From positions 1-52,654 of the IMG/VR virus record IMGVR_UViG_3300010397_000015: a DNA stretch of 52,654 nucleotides; one strand, given 5' to 3'. Under the pieces are notes generated by a model. That model did not search any database. It had not been told where the DNA came from and saw only the letters and a list, made by a program, of their open reading frames with translations. Both the position numbers and the translations under genes were made by a program. The stretch comes from a virus. Taxonomy: Duplodnaviria > Caudoviricetes. Below, piece by piece: positions 36,211 to 45,425 of the stretch (the stretch's first letter is position 1; each line of letters begins with the position of its first letter).

Positions 36211-36558
36211 ATGACCAGCGAATCGAAACAGGCGAAGCACGACTTCGAGTCCCATCAGTCGACCGCGCCGGGGTTGCTCTCCAAGGACACCGACGCCTCG
36301 GCTGGACGGCTCCTGGACGTGCTGATCCTGAAGCAGCTCAAGTCGCTCGAGAACTCCAGCATGGGCGATGTGGTCGCCAAGCTGATCGTGATCGAGAAGC
36401 ATCTGCACGACGAGCACCAGGTTGCCGCCGACGCCTCGGGCCGCATCGAAGCAAGCCTCGCTCGCATCGAGCAGGCAGTCACAGACCTGGCCGAGAACGG
36501 AAAGGTCGTTGGCTACGAGATGCACTTCACCAACCCTCAGCAAGAAACGAAGGAATGA
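36211..36558 (+). CDS. Hypothetical coiled-coil protein
   Basis: 115-aa ORF coupled to the next gene. Confidence 0.6.
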   Translation: MTSESKQAKHDFESHQSTAPGLLSKDTDASAGRLLDVLILKQLKSLENSSMGDVVAKLIVIEKHLHDEHQVAADASGRIEASLARIEQAVTDLAENGKVVGYEMHFTNPQQETKE

Positions 36559-36875
36559 CCATGGCCGACTTCAGCATGCTCGACACCGAATTCACCATCT
36601 GGGGACCGACGTTCGTGGACAAGGGCGGGAACCCCGTCACGAAGCCGCCCCAGGGCGCCTCCATCGTGTACACCACGGACAACCCCGCGATCCTCCAGCT
36701 CACTCAACAAGGGCTGGACGTGCGCGTGGGGTCCGGTTCGATCGGGACCGCGAGCATCACCGCGACCCCGGGCGGGACCATCTCGGGATTCCCGGCCGTC
36801 ACCGCGACGATCGAGATCCTCGAGACCGAACCGAACGCCCTGAACATGAGCTTCGGCACTCCTCAGCCGGAGTGA
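36555..36875 (+). CDS. Ig-like (Big-type) domain protein
   Basis: VDKGGNPV..VYTTDNPAIL..GTASITAT. Confidence 0.65.
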   Translation: MTMADFSMLDTEFTIWGPTFVDKGGNPVTKPPQGASIVYTTDNPAILQLTQQGLDVRVGSGSIGTASITATPGGTISGFPAVTATIEILETEPNALNMSFGTPQPE

Positions 36876-36890
36876 TCTTCGCCGACGAAT

Positions 36891-36925
36891 GAGGGGGTGC
36901 CCGGGAACTGCCTGGGTACCCCCTC
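36891..36925. terminator. Strong hairpin (terminator-like)
   Basis: GAGGGGGTGCCCGGG-aactg-CCTGGGTACCCCCTC. Confidence 0.5.
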
Positions 36926-36944
36926 CCTCTTCCAAGGAACTCCC

Positions 36945-37034
36945 ATGCTGAAACTCGACATGACTCACCTGCTCTGGGGAGCCGCGGCGGTGATCGCCGT
37001 TCAGGCCGCAACGATCCTCGTCCTCGTCTGCTAG
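36945..37034 (+). CDS. 29-aa single-TM peptide
   Basis: AAGGA RBS; MLKLDMTHLLWGAAAVIAVQAATILVLVC. Confidence 0.5.
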   Translation: MLKLDMTHLLWGAAAVIAVQAATILVLVC

Positions 37035-37043
37035 GAGACGCAC

Positions 37044-37178
37044 ATGAGCTGGAACCCGGTGACGTGGCGTTGGGGGTGGCTCGGCCTCCTGGCATTCATC
37101 CTCGTGCTGTTCTTCCTGTGGGATCCGGTGCTCGACTTCTTCGAGGCCGTGATCGGCAAGCTGCACGGCGCGCGGTAG
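37044..37178 (+). CDS. 44-aa single-TM peptide
   Basis: AGGAG RBS; MSWNPVTWRWGWLGLLAFILVLFFLWDPVL... Confidence 0.55.
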   Translation: MSWNPVTWRWGWLGLLAFILVLFFLWDPVLDFFEAVIGKLHGAR

Positions 37179-37183
37179 TAGCT

Positions 37184-37546
37184 TCACGGACCGCCCCCGA
37201 GCTTCGAGACCAAGTACCCGACGACCGCGCCGACGATGATCATCGCAATCTGAGTCAGGCGCTCGCCGCCCTTCTCGCGGCCCTCCGCGCTGGCCCTGGA
37301 CCGTTCGAGTGTCTCGAGGCGGGCCTTGATCCCCTCCTGGGCAAGATCCACCTCGGCGCGTCTGGCGAATTCCTGGGCCTGCTCCTTCATCTGGGCGATG
37401 AGGCCGTTGGCGTGGTCGAGGCGGATCGTGAGCTGCGAACTGGCGATGGCGACGGCTGCGTCAGCCGCGGACGAACGAGCCTCGGCGGTCTTCTCCGCGT
37501 GCTGGACTCTGAGCTCGGTCCACTCCTTGAGCGGGACCGTCTCCAT
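37184..37546 (-). CDS. Coiled-coil protein with C-terminal TM (lysis accessory?)
   Basis: RLETLE..IAMIIVGAVVGYLV. Confidence 0.6.
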   Translation of the reverse strand: METVPLKEWTELRVQHAEKTAEARSSAADAAVAIASSQLTIRLDHANGLIAQMKEQAQEFARRAEVDLAQEGIKARLETLERSRASAEGREKGGERLTQIAMIIVGAVVGYLVSKLGGGP

Positions 37547-37839
37547 CAGTCGGGTGTGTGCTCGACCCAGGCGGCCATGATCTGATCGACGTGCCGGCGC
37601 TCCCAGTGGATCGTCGTCTCGTTCGGGTCCTCCTCGCCCTTGGTCGTGACGACGTAGTAGGTGACTCCGCCAGACTTGAAGCTGTGGACGAGCTTCCCGT
37701 TCTCAGCGGTCGTGGGTGTGGTGGTGATAGCCATCGCGTTCGCAATCCTTTCGAGGAGACGTACCTGCTGGTACTGGACGAAGAACACCCCGGCGATCAT
37801 CACCGTCAGGAAGATCCGCCAGGCTCTTTGCTTGGTCAC
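37546..37839 (-). CDS. Membrane-anchored hypothetical protein
   Basis: N-terminal TM IFLTVMIAGVFFV. Confidence 0.55.
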   Translation of the reverse strand: MTKQRAWRIFLTVMIAGVFFVQYQQVRLLERIANAMAITTTPTTAENGKLVHSFKSGGVTYYVVTTKGEEDPNETTIHWERRHVDQIMAAWVEHTPD

Positions 37840-37854
37840 GCACGGTTTCCGAAG

Positions 37855-38151
37855 CTACTTCGCTCCGCGGGTCAGGGCTTCGACAGATCTCTCCATTCTC
37901 CCGATCCGCTCGCCCTGAGCATCCAGAGTGAAGCGAAGCGCCTGGAGCTCGAGGGCCGTCTCGCGCCGCTGGTCCGCGAGCCGCCCAGCGACGTTCGAGG
38001 CGTTCTCGTTCATCATCAGGATCAGGTCGTTGTACTTGCCGCTGGCCCACCAGGTGAACAGGGCGAAGCCGACCAGGGCGCCGAGGGGTACGAGCGTGTC
38101 TTTCGAGATCCACGCTCGTCGTCCGTTGCCGTTGCTGGGTTCGTCCGCCAT
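37855..38151 (-). CDS. Holin-like protein (TM + coiled coil)
   Basis: TGATG-coupled; VPLGALVGFALFTWW then RIGRMERSVE. Confidence 0.5.
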   Translation of the reverse strand: MADEPSNGNGRRAWISKDTLVPLGALVGFALFTWWASGKYNDLILMMNENASNVAGRLADQRRETALELQALRFTLDAQGERIGRMERSVEALTRGAK

Positions 38152-38369
38152 CAGGGTAGGAGGGTCAGAGACAGGGTGAGGTTCTGTCCGACAGGGTAGT
38201 CGTCCGAGTTGAGCGTCCGAACAGTGAACACGCCCGACGCCGACGTGTTCGCGGGCGGGGTCGTCCGGATCCAGTGGTACACGAACGTGAACGTTCCGGA
38301 GCTGTCGATCCCGGTCTGTTCGATTGCCGTGATCTGGATCGGGAACGTGAGCGGGTTCGGGAGTGCCAC
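38151..38369 (-). CDS. Small hypothetical protein
   Basis: 72 aa, coupled at both ends. Confidence 0.55.
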   Translation of the reverse strand: MALPNPLTFPIQITAIEQTGIDSSGTFTFVYHWIRTTPPANTSASGVFTVRTLNSDDYPVGQNLTLSLTLLP

Positions 38370-38770
38370 TACGCGACTCCCACCTCACCCTCGATGGTGA
38401 TGTTGAGCTTGCTCGCCGTGCGCGCCCCGCCGACGAGGAAGTCCGCGGTCGTCATCAGCCTCCGCCCGTTCCAGTCCAGGTGCGAGTTGGCCGGGACCGA
38501 CTCGCCCGTGCTCGCGTCGAGCGCACCGGCCGTCGCGGTGCCGGCGAACGCGAAGCAGTTCGCGATCAGGTTGGTGCCGGTCGCTCCGAGCCAAAGCGCC
38601 ACGTCCACGGCAGCGCCCGCGTTGTTGTTCACGCGGATGTGGGTGAGGATGAAGTAGAGGTTCTGCGCGCCGTAGCCAACCCCACCCGTGGTCGTGCCGG
38701 GATTGATGATGTTGGTGGTGGTCGTCGCGGTGAGCCCGATGTTGTAGGAGAAGGTCTTGTTCTGTGCCAT
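38369..38770 (-). CDS. Virion protein (tail-associated)
   Basis: Thr-rich beta protein ending LNITIEGEVG. Confidence 0.65.
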   Translation of the reverse strand: MAQNKTFSYNIGLTATTTTNIINPGTTTGGVGYGAQNLYFILTHIRVNNNAGAAVDVALWLGATGTNLIANCFAFAGTATAGALDASTGESVPANSHLDWNGRRLMTTADFLVGGARTASKLNITIEGEVGVA

Positions 38771-38782
38771 GTGGATGAGGCC

Positions 38783-39424
38783 CTAGATTTTCACGAGTTC
38801 GATGAAGGCGTTCTTGAATGTGCTGGTGGTGGTCGTCGCGGCCGAGACGTAGGTGACTTCGAGCCAATTGGCGACGGTCGAGTCGAACGCGGACGCGGTA
38901 AGCTCCACGATCTGCCCGTCGACAGCCGAGATGCCCGTGACGCCCGTGTTCTGGAGGAACAGCCAGCCCGAGAGCGTTGCAGCGGCTCCGATGGTGCGGA
39001 CCGTCAGCACAAGTTCAGCGCGGAACGGGATATTGGTTCCCGACGCAGCGGCGACCGAGTTCGCTGCGGATCCGATCACACCGTCGGCGGTCGTCCCGGC
39101 AGTTCCGAGTCGAAACCTCCAGGTCGAAGCGTTGGCGACCGTCGAGGTGCAGGTGCCCTCGAGTGTGGCGCGGATGACCGAGCCGACCTTGAGCATGTTC
39201 GCGTAGATCCGGCAGTTGTTGAGACCGCCGACGATGATCGTCTCCGTCGTGTTGATCGCGCCCGAGTTGGCGACGATGGAGCAGAGGGCATTCGAGGCGA
39301 ACGTCCGGACCGAACCCGTGTCGTCAATGAAGCGGACGGTCTCTTCGGTCGAGTCCAGGTAGACGTGGGCCTTGTTTGCGGACGGCGTGCTGGGCGCGGC
39401 CTGCGTGTTGAGAATCAGCGGCAT
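38783..39424 (-). CDS. Virion protein (tail-fibre-associated)
   Basis: APSTPSANKAHVYLDS N-terminus; Thr/Ala-rich. Confidence 0.65.
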   Translation of the reverse strand: MPLILNTQAAPSTPSANKAHVYLDSTEETVRFIDDTGSVRTFASNALCSIVANSGAINTTETIIVGGLNNCRIYANMLKVGSVIRATLEGTCTSTVANASTWRFRLGTAGTTADGVIGSAANSVAAASGTNIPFRAELVLTVRTIGAAATLSGWLFLQNTGVTGISAVDGQIVELTASAFDSTVANWLEVTYVSAATTTTSTFKNAFIELVKI

Positions 39425-40941
39425 CAGCCAATCTCCACGAAGGAGGTCGCGGGAATGTCAACGTCGATACCTGAGCCAAGCTCCAGGAAGCTCGGGAAAT
39501 ACATGCCCACGCTGGCTTGCAGAGTGAAGCTCAGCCTCGGGACGAGACTCACCATGCCGGACACCTGCCAGTCAATCGGGCCACCCGCTCCACCGATCGC
39601 GCGACCGTACAGGACGTATTCCTGCATCGATGCGGCCGGAGCCGGAATGAGCCCGGTCTGGCCGGCGGCTCCGTTGGTGCATCCCAGTGCGCCCGGAACG
39701 TCGTCGGTGCCGTCGACGTGCGACGAACCGTGCGGCATGGGGAAGGCTTTCGCAATGAACGCCCACCGCTGCTTCTGGCCGTCGTACCGCAGGATTGCGC
39801 TGTCTCCCAGCCTTCCGCTGAGTGCGCCTTTCATCGTCGCGACGATTCCGGTGGATCCGTTTGGCAGATTGATTCGGTTGGCGGCGAGGGAAGCCGCGTC
39901 CTCGTGCGTGACCTGGAGGTCGCCGCATAGGCCCGTCCACCCGCCCATCTGGATGACCTTGATCGTGCCGTCGATGCAGCCGGTCGAGTCGATTCCGGTG
40001 AGGCTGAGTCCGCCGCCGGACGCTTCCAGCCGAATGACGGAGCATTTCGCGAGTCCCGTCGGGCTGTAGTCGTTCTGGCTGACTGTGATCGCTGCTGGCT
40101 GGATGACTCCGCGCCAGGCCCACGGACCCATCGCCCAGCGAGCGTCGTCGGGGATCGAGACTGGCCAGGAGTCGAACGACTCGCCATCCTCGCCCTGCAT
40201 CCCCTGGGACCCGGCCGGTCCGGTCGCGCCGTTCGACCCGGCTGATCCGGTTGACCCGCGCTCCCCGGGAGGCCCGATCGGACCCTCGGGACCCTCATCC
40301 CCGTCGGACCCGCGGTTGCCCTGCGGACCCGTCGCGCCCGTCTGCCCAGCAGATCCAGTCGGACCGATCGGCCCTGCAGCTCCGTCGAGCCCATCCGACC
40401 CGTCCTGCCCGTCCTGGCCCGTGTTCCCCTGCGGGCCGGTTGCCCCGGTCGCTCCGGTGGCCCCCGTAGCCCCAACAGGTCCGATCGGACCGGGCACTCC
40501 AGCCTCGCCATCTGCCCCAGGCTCGCCGGGATCACCTGGAGGTCCCATCGGGCCGGGAACCGTGCTGGCCGCTCCTGTGGCTCCGGTCGCGCCCGCAACG
40601 CCTCGATCCCCGGGAGGACCCTGAGCGCCGTCCTGGCCGTCAACACCGTCGACCCCGGGAGGACCCTGCGGCCCCGGCGTCCCCGCCACCCCCGAAATCA
40701 GGACGCTCGAGACCGCCGTGACCCTGCCCTTGGTGTCGTAGGTGATCTGCGCGACGTGGGTGGCGTCCCCGATCGGTCCGCCGCCGGGTCCGATGACGGC
40801 CAGGGTGGGAGCCGGGTAGGTTCCAGCCAGGTCGCCGCCGGCTGCGCTGTCCCCGATGTGGACCGCGTTCGGGTCGACCATGCCCCCGCCGCCGGTCATC
40901 TGCCGGGGTCGGTACGCCTTGCGCGGGAGCTTCGCTGCCAC
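39424..40941 (-). CDS. Collagen-repeat tail fibre
   Basis: Long G-X-Y run (~40180-40680); AGGDLAGTYPAPT and ITYDTKGRVT fibre motifs. Confidence 0.85.
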   Translation of the reverse strand: MAAKLPRKAYRPRQMTGGGGMVDPNAVHIGDSAAGGDLAGTYPAPTLAVIGPGGGPIGDATHVAQITYDTKGRVTAVSSVLISGVAGTPGPQGPPGVDGVDGQDGAQGPPGDRGVAGATGATGAASTVPGPMGPPGDPGEPGADGEAGVPGPIGPVGATGATGATGATGPQGNTGQDGQDGSDGLDGAAGPIGPTGSAGQTGATGPQGNRGSDGDEGPEGPIGPPGERGSTGSAGSNGATGPAGSQGMQGEDGESFDSWPVSIPDDARWAMGPWAWRGVIQPAAITVSQNDYSPTGLAKCSVIRLEASGGGLSLTGIDSTGCIDGTIKVIQMGGWTGLCGDLQVTHEDAASLAANRINLPNGSTGIVATMKGALSGRLGDSAILRYDGQKQRWAFIAKAFPMPHGSSHVDGTDDVPGALGCTNGAAGQTGLIPAPAASMQEYVLYGRAIGGAGGPIDWQVSGMVSLVPRLSFTLQASVGMYFPSFLELGSGIDVDIPATSFVEIG

Positions 40942-41325
40942 CTAGACCGTCTCCTGTCCGTCCAGCACGCCGACCTCGACGTACACGTTGATCTTGTCGG
41001 CAGCCGAAGCCCAGGCCCGCACCTCGAGACCCCGCTTCAACCTGCCCTTGATGATCACCGGCACGCGACCCTCCCTGATCGGCAGGGTGTACATCACGAG
41101 ATCCTTCGTGGCGAGACCTCCCCAGGCGACGGTGATCGTCCGGTTCGAGGATGCGTCGATGTTGCACGCCTCGATCGTGATGACATCCCAGACCTCGCCC
41201 GAGCTCGACTCGGTGCCGCCGTGGAGGAGCGTACCGGGGCTGGCCGTGGTCGAGAGGCCGATCTGCGTCCCGTCGGCGATCTCGGACCCCACGACCTGAT
41301 CCGGCGCGATCTTGGAGTCCTTCAT
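40942..41325 (-). CDS. Small virion protein
   Basis: 127 aa; GTLLH..ITVAWGG..VRAWASAADKINV. Confidence 0.65.
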   Translation of the reverse strand: MKDSKIAPDQVVGSEIADGTQIGLSTTASPGTLLHGGTESSSGEVWDVITIEACNIDASSNRTITVAWGGLATKDLVMYTLPIREGRVPVIIKGRLKRGLEVRAWASAADKINVYVEVGVLDGQETV

Positions 41326-44300
41326 TGGAAGAGGCCCTGCAGGTTCAGGCCGGGGACGCCCTGCTTGATCCCGGCCTTCTCCTGTCGCTTCGCGCTCGGG
41401 GCCATGACCCGGAACCCGACCGACCGCAGCATGGCCTCGTACCCGTCCATCTGCCCGGCCATCACGTCGATCGCGGACTGGACCTGGATCGGCAGGGACG
41501 CTTCGCCCTGCGACAGCAGGAACGAGGGCATCTGCTCGTAGCTGACAGGACCGGGAGAGGCGTCGCTCGCGTAGCTCGCGGTCTGGCCGGCGAGCTTTCC
41601 GCCCTTTTTCATGCCGGCGACGTGATCGGGAAGGTGCGTGCGCTTGTAGACGCCACGGTCGTCAACCCCGAGAAGCTCCGCCGCGGTCGTGTAGGTGCGA
41701 CCGAAGAAGTTCTCCCCTGTGAGGAGGTTGTGCGTCATGCGCGGCACGACCGCCACTTTCCGATTCAGGTAGTCGAGCGGATCGTTCATCGCCTCGAACG
41801 GCTCGCCGGCCGTCGCGATGAGGTTCACGTACAGCCGGCTCGGATTGTTGCGTCCCGCGGCGTGCAGGATCGGCGTGATGTCCCAGCCCATGAACTCGCG
41901 CAGTCCGAGGCCCCAGTTCTGGAGTGACCGCTTCTTGAAGTTCTTCACGGGGCTCTCCGGATCGTCCACCCACGCGCTCGCGAGGTTCAGCCCGGCCCAA
42001 ATCATCACGTACCGCGACGCCATGCGAGCCCAGAGAGCGCGGTGAGCCTGTCCTGTCGCGCCGGAACGGAACGCATCCGAAAAGGTCTTCAGAGTCGAGT
42101 GCGTCCAGTCGGGCGCGAAGATCGACAGCCGCGCCATGTGGGCGCCCGTCGGATTGATCCGCATCCGCTGGAAGTTCTGCCCGGCCTGGAGGTTGTTCGA
42201 GAGGCGCGACGCGGCCTGAGCGATGGCCTCGTAGGTCATCGTCCCGTTCGCGAGCGGCTTCCTGTTCACGCGAATAAGCCGGTTGTCCTCCAGCACCGCG
42301 AGGTTCGTCTTGAACGCCGGGATGAACCGCCCGTAGAGGAAGTTCACCATGTCGCGGAAGTTGTTCTCCGCGAACGTCTTGGCCGGCCCGACGATCTTCA
42401 GGTCGTCCAGGGCCTTCGAGAATCGGCCGTGCTCGTGCTCAAGGTACGGCGCCACGTCGTAGCTCGGAGCGATCTGGAGCCCACCGTCGCGAATGAGTCG
42501 CTGAACCTGTGGAGTGAGATCCTCGAGCTGCTTCCATCCGCGCCTGTAGACGCTGGCCGGGTTGAGATCCTGGATGCTCTCGATCGGCGTGCCGAGGATG
42601 TTCCTCTGCGCGGCCATGATCTGGTTGTCCTGGATCGCGACCGTCACCATCGTCTTGATCGTGCTGTTCACGCGATCGACGGCCTTCACGAACTTGCCTC
42701 CGGGTGACGGCTCTTCCGCGTACTTCGCGATGGCGCTCTCCCCGAGGATGTTGTTGAGGTCGCGCGCGATGTCCTTCGGCGCGAAGAGCGGCGTCTTGTG
42801 GAGGATCGTGATCTCTCCGTTGTTCGCCGTGATCTTCAGGTCGCGTCCGATGACGCTCGATTCCTTCCCCTCCTTCGCCCAGCCGTAGACCTTCACGGCC
42901 TCGTCGAGCGGGATGTCCTCGCCCAGCACGATGCCCATCTCCTGCGCGAGAGCCGCAGCGTCCTCGGGCATCTTGATCTTCGCGAGGATGCGGTAGTCCT
43001 TGAAGTTCGGGTGCTCGATCGGTTGCCAGTCGTCGCCCTTCTTCTCGGCCGCGGCGAGCCCGACCTTCTTCAGCGTGCGAATCAGGTTGCGGTCGTGGAT
43101 GACCTGAGAGACGACCTTCTCGTTGAAGACCGAGGCGTCGATCGCGCCCTTGATCCGAAGCTCGCGACCATTCGCCCAGCCTTCCAGGATCGACGAGTAG
43201 CTGCGCGGTAGAGCGCCGGTCGTGAACGTCTGGAAGCGAGCCTTGCCGCGCGGCTGCGGGCCTTCCTTCGACGGCTCGCCCTGCCACACGCGCTTCGTGT
43301 AGTTCTCCAGGACGTTCGTGATGACATCCGCATCGAACGCAGCCTGGGACAGCTCGCGGTTCGAGAGGATCATCTGGTCCGCGAGCGCGCGTTGTCCGGG
43401 CGAGAGCTTGGCGGCGCGGGCTAGGATCGCGCGGTGCTCGTCGGAGAGCTCGCCGCCGTACTTTCCGTACTCCTCGTCGAGCTTGCCGAGCGTGTCGATG
43501 TAGGCGTGGATCGCCTCGTCGATCTGGGATCGCTTGTGCTGACCGACCGGAAGCCGCTTCTCCGCGAGCCGCTCGAGCTTCGACTGGTTCAGCGTGGAGT
43601 CGAGGGCCTTCTTCCAGCGAGCGCCCTTCACGCGAGCGTGGATGTCGGAGAGCTGCCGGTCTCCAAGCCAGCGGTCGATGATGTCGGGCGCGTGCGGATC
43701 TCCAGGTCCGGGCAGAGCCTCGTCGGGCACGGGCGGACGAGGTGGACGCGGAGGCTCGCCGTATTTGTCGAACAGGGCCTTGCCCTCTGCCTCCAGTTCC
43801 GGTGGGATATCGGGAACGGAGGACGTTTCGGCGCCCTCCGCCCCCTTCACCGTTTCGCTAGTAGGAGCGACCCGATGCTCGACAGAACTTGTATCCAGTG
43901 CGGGGCGGGCTTCAAGGCCAAGGCCTCGCGAGTCCGAAATGGCAGGGGGCTCTACTGCGGCCGCCCCTGCTTCGCCTCCAATAGGCGCGTCGGATGGACT
44001 ACTCCCGGCGGCTACAGCAGCTTCACTATCGACGGGAGGCAGGCCCTTGAGCATCGGCTCATTGTGGAGCGACATCTCGGTAGGGCCCTGCTGCCCAGCG
44101 AGATCGTTCACCACGTCAACGGAGTTAAAACCGACAACAGGATCGAGAATCTCAGGGTTATGAGTCGATCCGCTCACTCCCGCGAACACTTCCCCCTGTC
44201 CTGGGACTTTGACAGAGCCAGACGTCTTCGAGAGACTGGTCTCAGGTGGTGCGAGATCGGCAGGGCCATTGGGATTAGGCCTGAAAACATCTTCTCCGCC

Positions 44301-45425
44301 TTCCGCAATCAAGGTCTGACGGCCCGAGGCGGCTAGATTCTGAAATTCAACGGCCAGCCGCTGCGTCTCGCCGATTAGTCTAAGGCGCTCCTGGATATCA
44401 TCGGTTGATGCGCGCCTGCCGCGGTTCTTCTCCTCCAGCCCAGCGAGTTTAGTCTGAGCCGCCTGAAGTTCCGCCGTCTTCGCCTCCAGCGATTCGGCCT
44501 GGACCGCCTTCGCGCCCTCCGTCCCAACGAGCTTCGGCTGTTCGACTCCGGGCGGCGTCTCCAGCTTCAAGGCCTGGTCGGTTGCTCTCAGCTGGACCTT
44601 CTCCGCCGCGTCACGGTATTGCGCCGAGACCTTGTGCCCGGGGAAGATCGCCGTCATCAGGAGGCCCACGGCAGCGTCGGTCGCAGCGCGGCCCTTCAAC
44701 CCGGTCAGAACCTCCACGTCCTCCTGCTTCGTGTAGCGCGTCAGGGCGTTGTGGAGCGCCTGGGTCGCCTGGCCCGTCCCGACCCCGAGCGCCGCGTTCT
44801 TCCAGAGCTTCGAGAGGATCCGTCCCGAGTTGACGTTCAGCTTCGTGGCGAGCTTCGCGGTCAGAGCAACCGAGGCCGCGTCGACTCCGCCCTGGACGAG
44901 CGCACCCTTCCATGCGTCGAGCTCGCTGCCACCGCCGGCCTTGATCTCGTCGTAGACCTGCATCCCGCCCTGGCCGCCCTGGGCGAGAGCCATCGCGGGG
45001 ATGCCGGCCGGTCCGAGAATCGGGAGCTGGGCGACGCCGCCGATGACCGTCCCGGTCTGGTACGCGCCGCTCTGACGCTGCTCGGGAGTGAGCGGGACGA
45101 TCGCCTGCGAGACATCTTGTGCCCGCGGCGGCTGCGGAATCTCGACCCCGAACAGCTTGCCGACCTGCCTCGCCGGTCCGGTCTGGAGTCGGCTGAACAG
45201 CTCCGGGAGGCGGTAGAAGCCCTCGATCGCGCCGCCGGCCGTCTCCTTCGCAGCATCGACCGTGCTGAACTGCTTCGGCGGAGCTGCGGCCGAGACGGGC
45301 TCGCGGGTCAGCGGGAAGGCGGGCTTGGTCTTTGCGGCCTGGACCTCAGCCCACGCCGAGTCGAGGGACTGGGCCTTCTCGACCTCGCCCCACGCGGCCT
45401 CGAGCGTTCCCTGCCCCTGGGCCAT
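41322..45425 (-). CDS. Large internal virion/ejection-type protein (1367 aa) hosting an antisense HNH gene
   Basis: Third and largest gene after the nozzle; Gly/Ala-rich N-terminus; frame is open throughout. Confidence 0.75.
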   Translation of the reverse strand: MAQGQGTLEAAWGEVEKAQSLDSAWAEVQAAKTKPAFPLTREPVSAAAPPKQFSTVDAAKETAGGAIEGFYRLPELFSRLQTGPARQVGKLFGVEIPQPPRAQDVSQAIVPLTPEQRQSGAYQTGTVIGGVAQLPILGPAGIPAMALAQGGQGGMQVYDEIKAGGGSELDAWKGALVQGGVDAASVALTAKLATKLNVNSGRILSKLWKNAALGVGTGQATQALHNALTRYTKQEDVEVLTGLKGRAATDAAVGLLMTAIFPGHKVSAQYRDAAEKVQLRATDQALKLETPPGVEQPKLVGTEGAKAVQAESLEAKTAELQAAQTKLAGLEEKNRGRRASTDDIQERLRLIGETQRLAVEFQNLAASGRQTLIAEGGEDVFRPNPNGPADLAPPETSLSKTSGSVKVPGQGEVFAGVSGSTHNPEILDPVVGFNSVDVVNDLAGQQGPTEMSLHNEPMLKGLPPVDSEAAVAAGSSPSDAPIGGEAGAAAVEPPAISDSRGLGLEARPALDTSSVEHRVAPTSETVKGAEGAETSSVPDIPPELEAEGKALFDKYGEPPRPPRPPVPDEALPGPGDPHAPDIIDRWLGDRQLSDIHARVKGARWKKALDSTLNQSKLERLAEKRLPVGQHKRSQIDEAIHAYIDTLGKLDEEYGKYGGELSDEHRAILARAAKLSPGQRALADQMILSNRELSQAAFDADVITNVLENYTKRVWQGEPSKEGPQPRGKARFQTFTTGALPRSYSSILEGWANGRELRIKGAIDASVFNEKVVSQVIHDRNLIRTLKKVGLAAAEKKGDDWQPIEHPNFKDYRILAKIKMPEDAAALAQEMGIVLGEDIPLDEAVKVYGWAKEGKESSVIGRDLKITANNGEITILHKTPLFAPKDIARDLNNILGESAIAKYAEEPSPGGKFVKAVDRVNSTIKTMVTVAIQDNQIMAAQRNILGTPIESIQDLNPASVYRRGWKQLEDLTPQVQRLIRDGGLQIAPSYDVAPYLEHEHGRFSKALDDLKIVGPAKTFAENNFRDMVNFLYGRFIPAFKTNLAVLEDNRLIRVNRKPLANGTMTYEAIAQAASRLSNNLQAGQNFQRMRINPTGAHMARLSIFAPDWTHSTLKTFSDAFRSGATGQAHRALWARMASRYVMIWAGLNLASAWVDDPESPVKNFKKRSLQNWGLGLREFMGWDITPILHAAGRNNPSRLYVNLIATAGEPFEAMNDPLDYLNRKVAVVPRMTHNLLTGENFFGRTYTTAAELLGVDDRGVYKRTHLPDHVAGMKKGGKLAGQTASYASDASPGPVSYEQMPSFLLSQGEASLPIQVQSAIDVMAGQMDGYEAMLRSVGFRVMAPSAKRQEKAGIKQGVPGLNLQGLFQ
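43875..44336 (+). CDS. HNH homing endonuclease nested antisense in the ejection-type gene (153 aa)
   Basis: AGGAG at 43863-43867; CIQC..YCGRPC, GY, EHRLIVERHLGRALLPSEIVHHVNGVKTDNRIENL, HTH-like tail. Confidence 0.88.
   Translation: MLDRTCIQCGAGFKAKASRVRNGRGLYCGRPCFASNRRVGWTTPGGYSSFTIDGRQALEHRLIVERHLGRALLPSEIVHHVNGVKTDNRIENLRVMSRSAHSREHFPLSWDFDRARRLRETGLRWCEIGRAIGIRPENIFSAFRNQGLTARGG

Noticed and set aside
36241-36265. TTCGAGTCCC T-loop-like motif as a (suppressor) tRNA
   Set aside because: It is inside a CDS and no cloverleaf can be built; no tRNA was seen anywhere by eye
40180-40680. Repetitive DNA as a CRISPR array or DGR repeat
   Set aside because: It is explained by collagen G-X-Y codons; there is no repeat-spacer pattern and no reverse transcriptase
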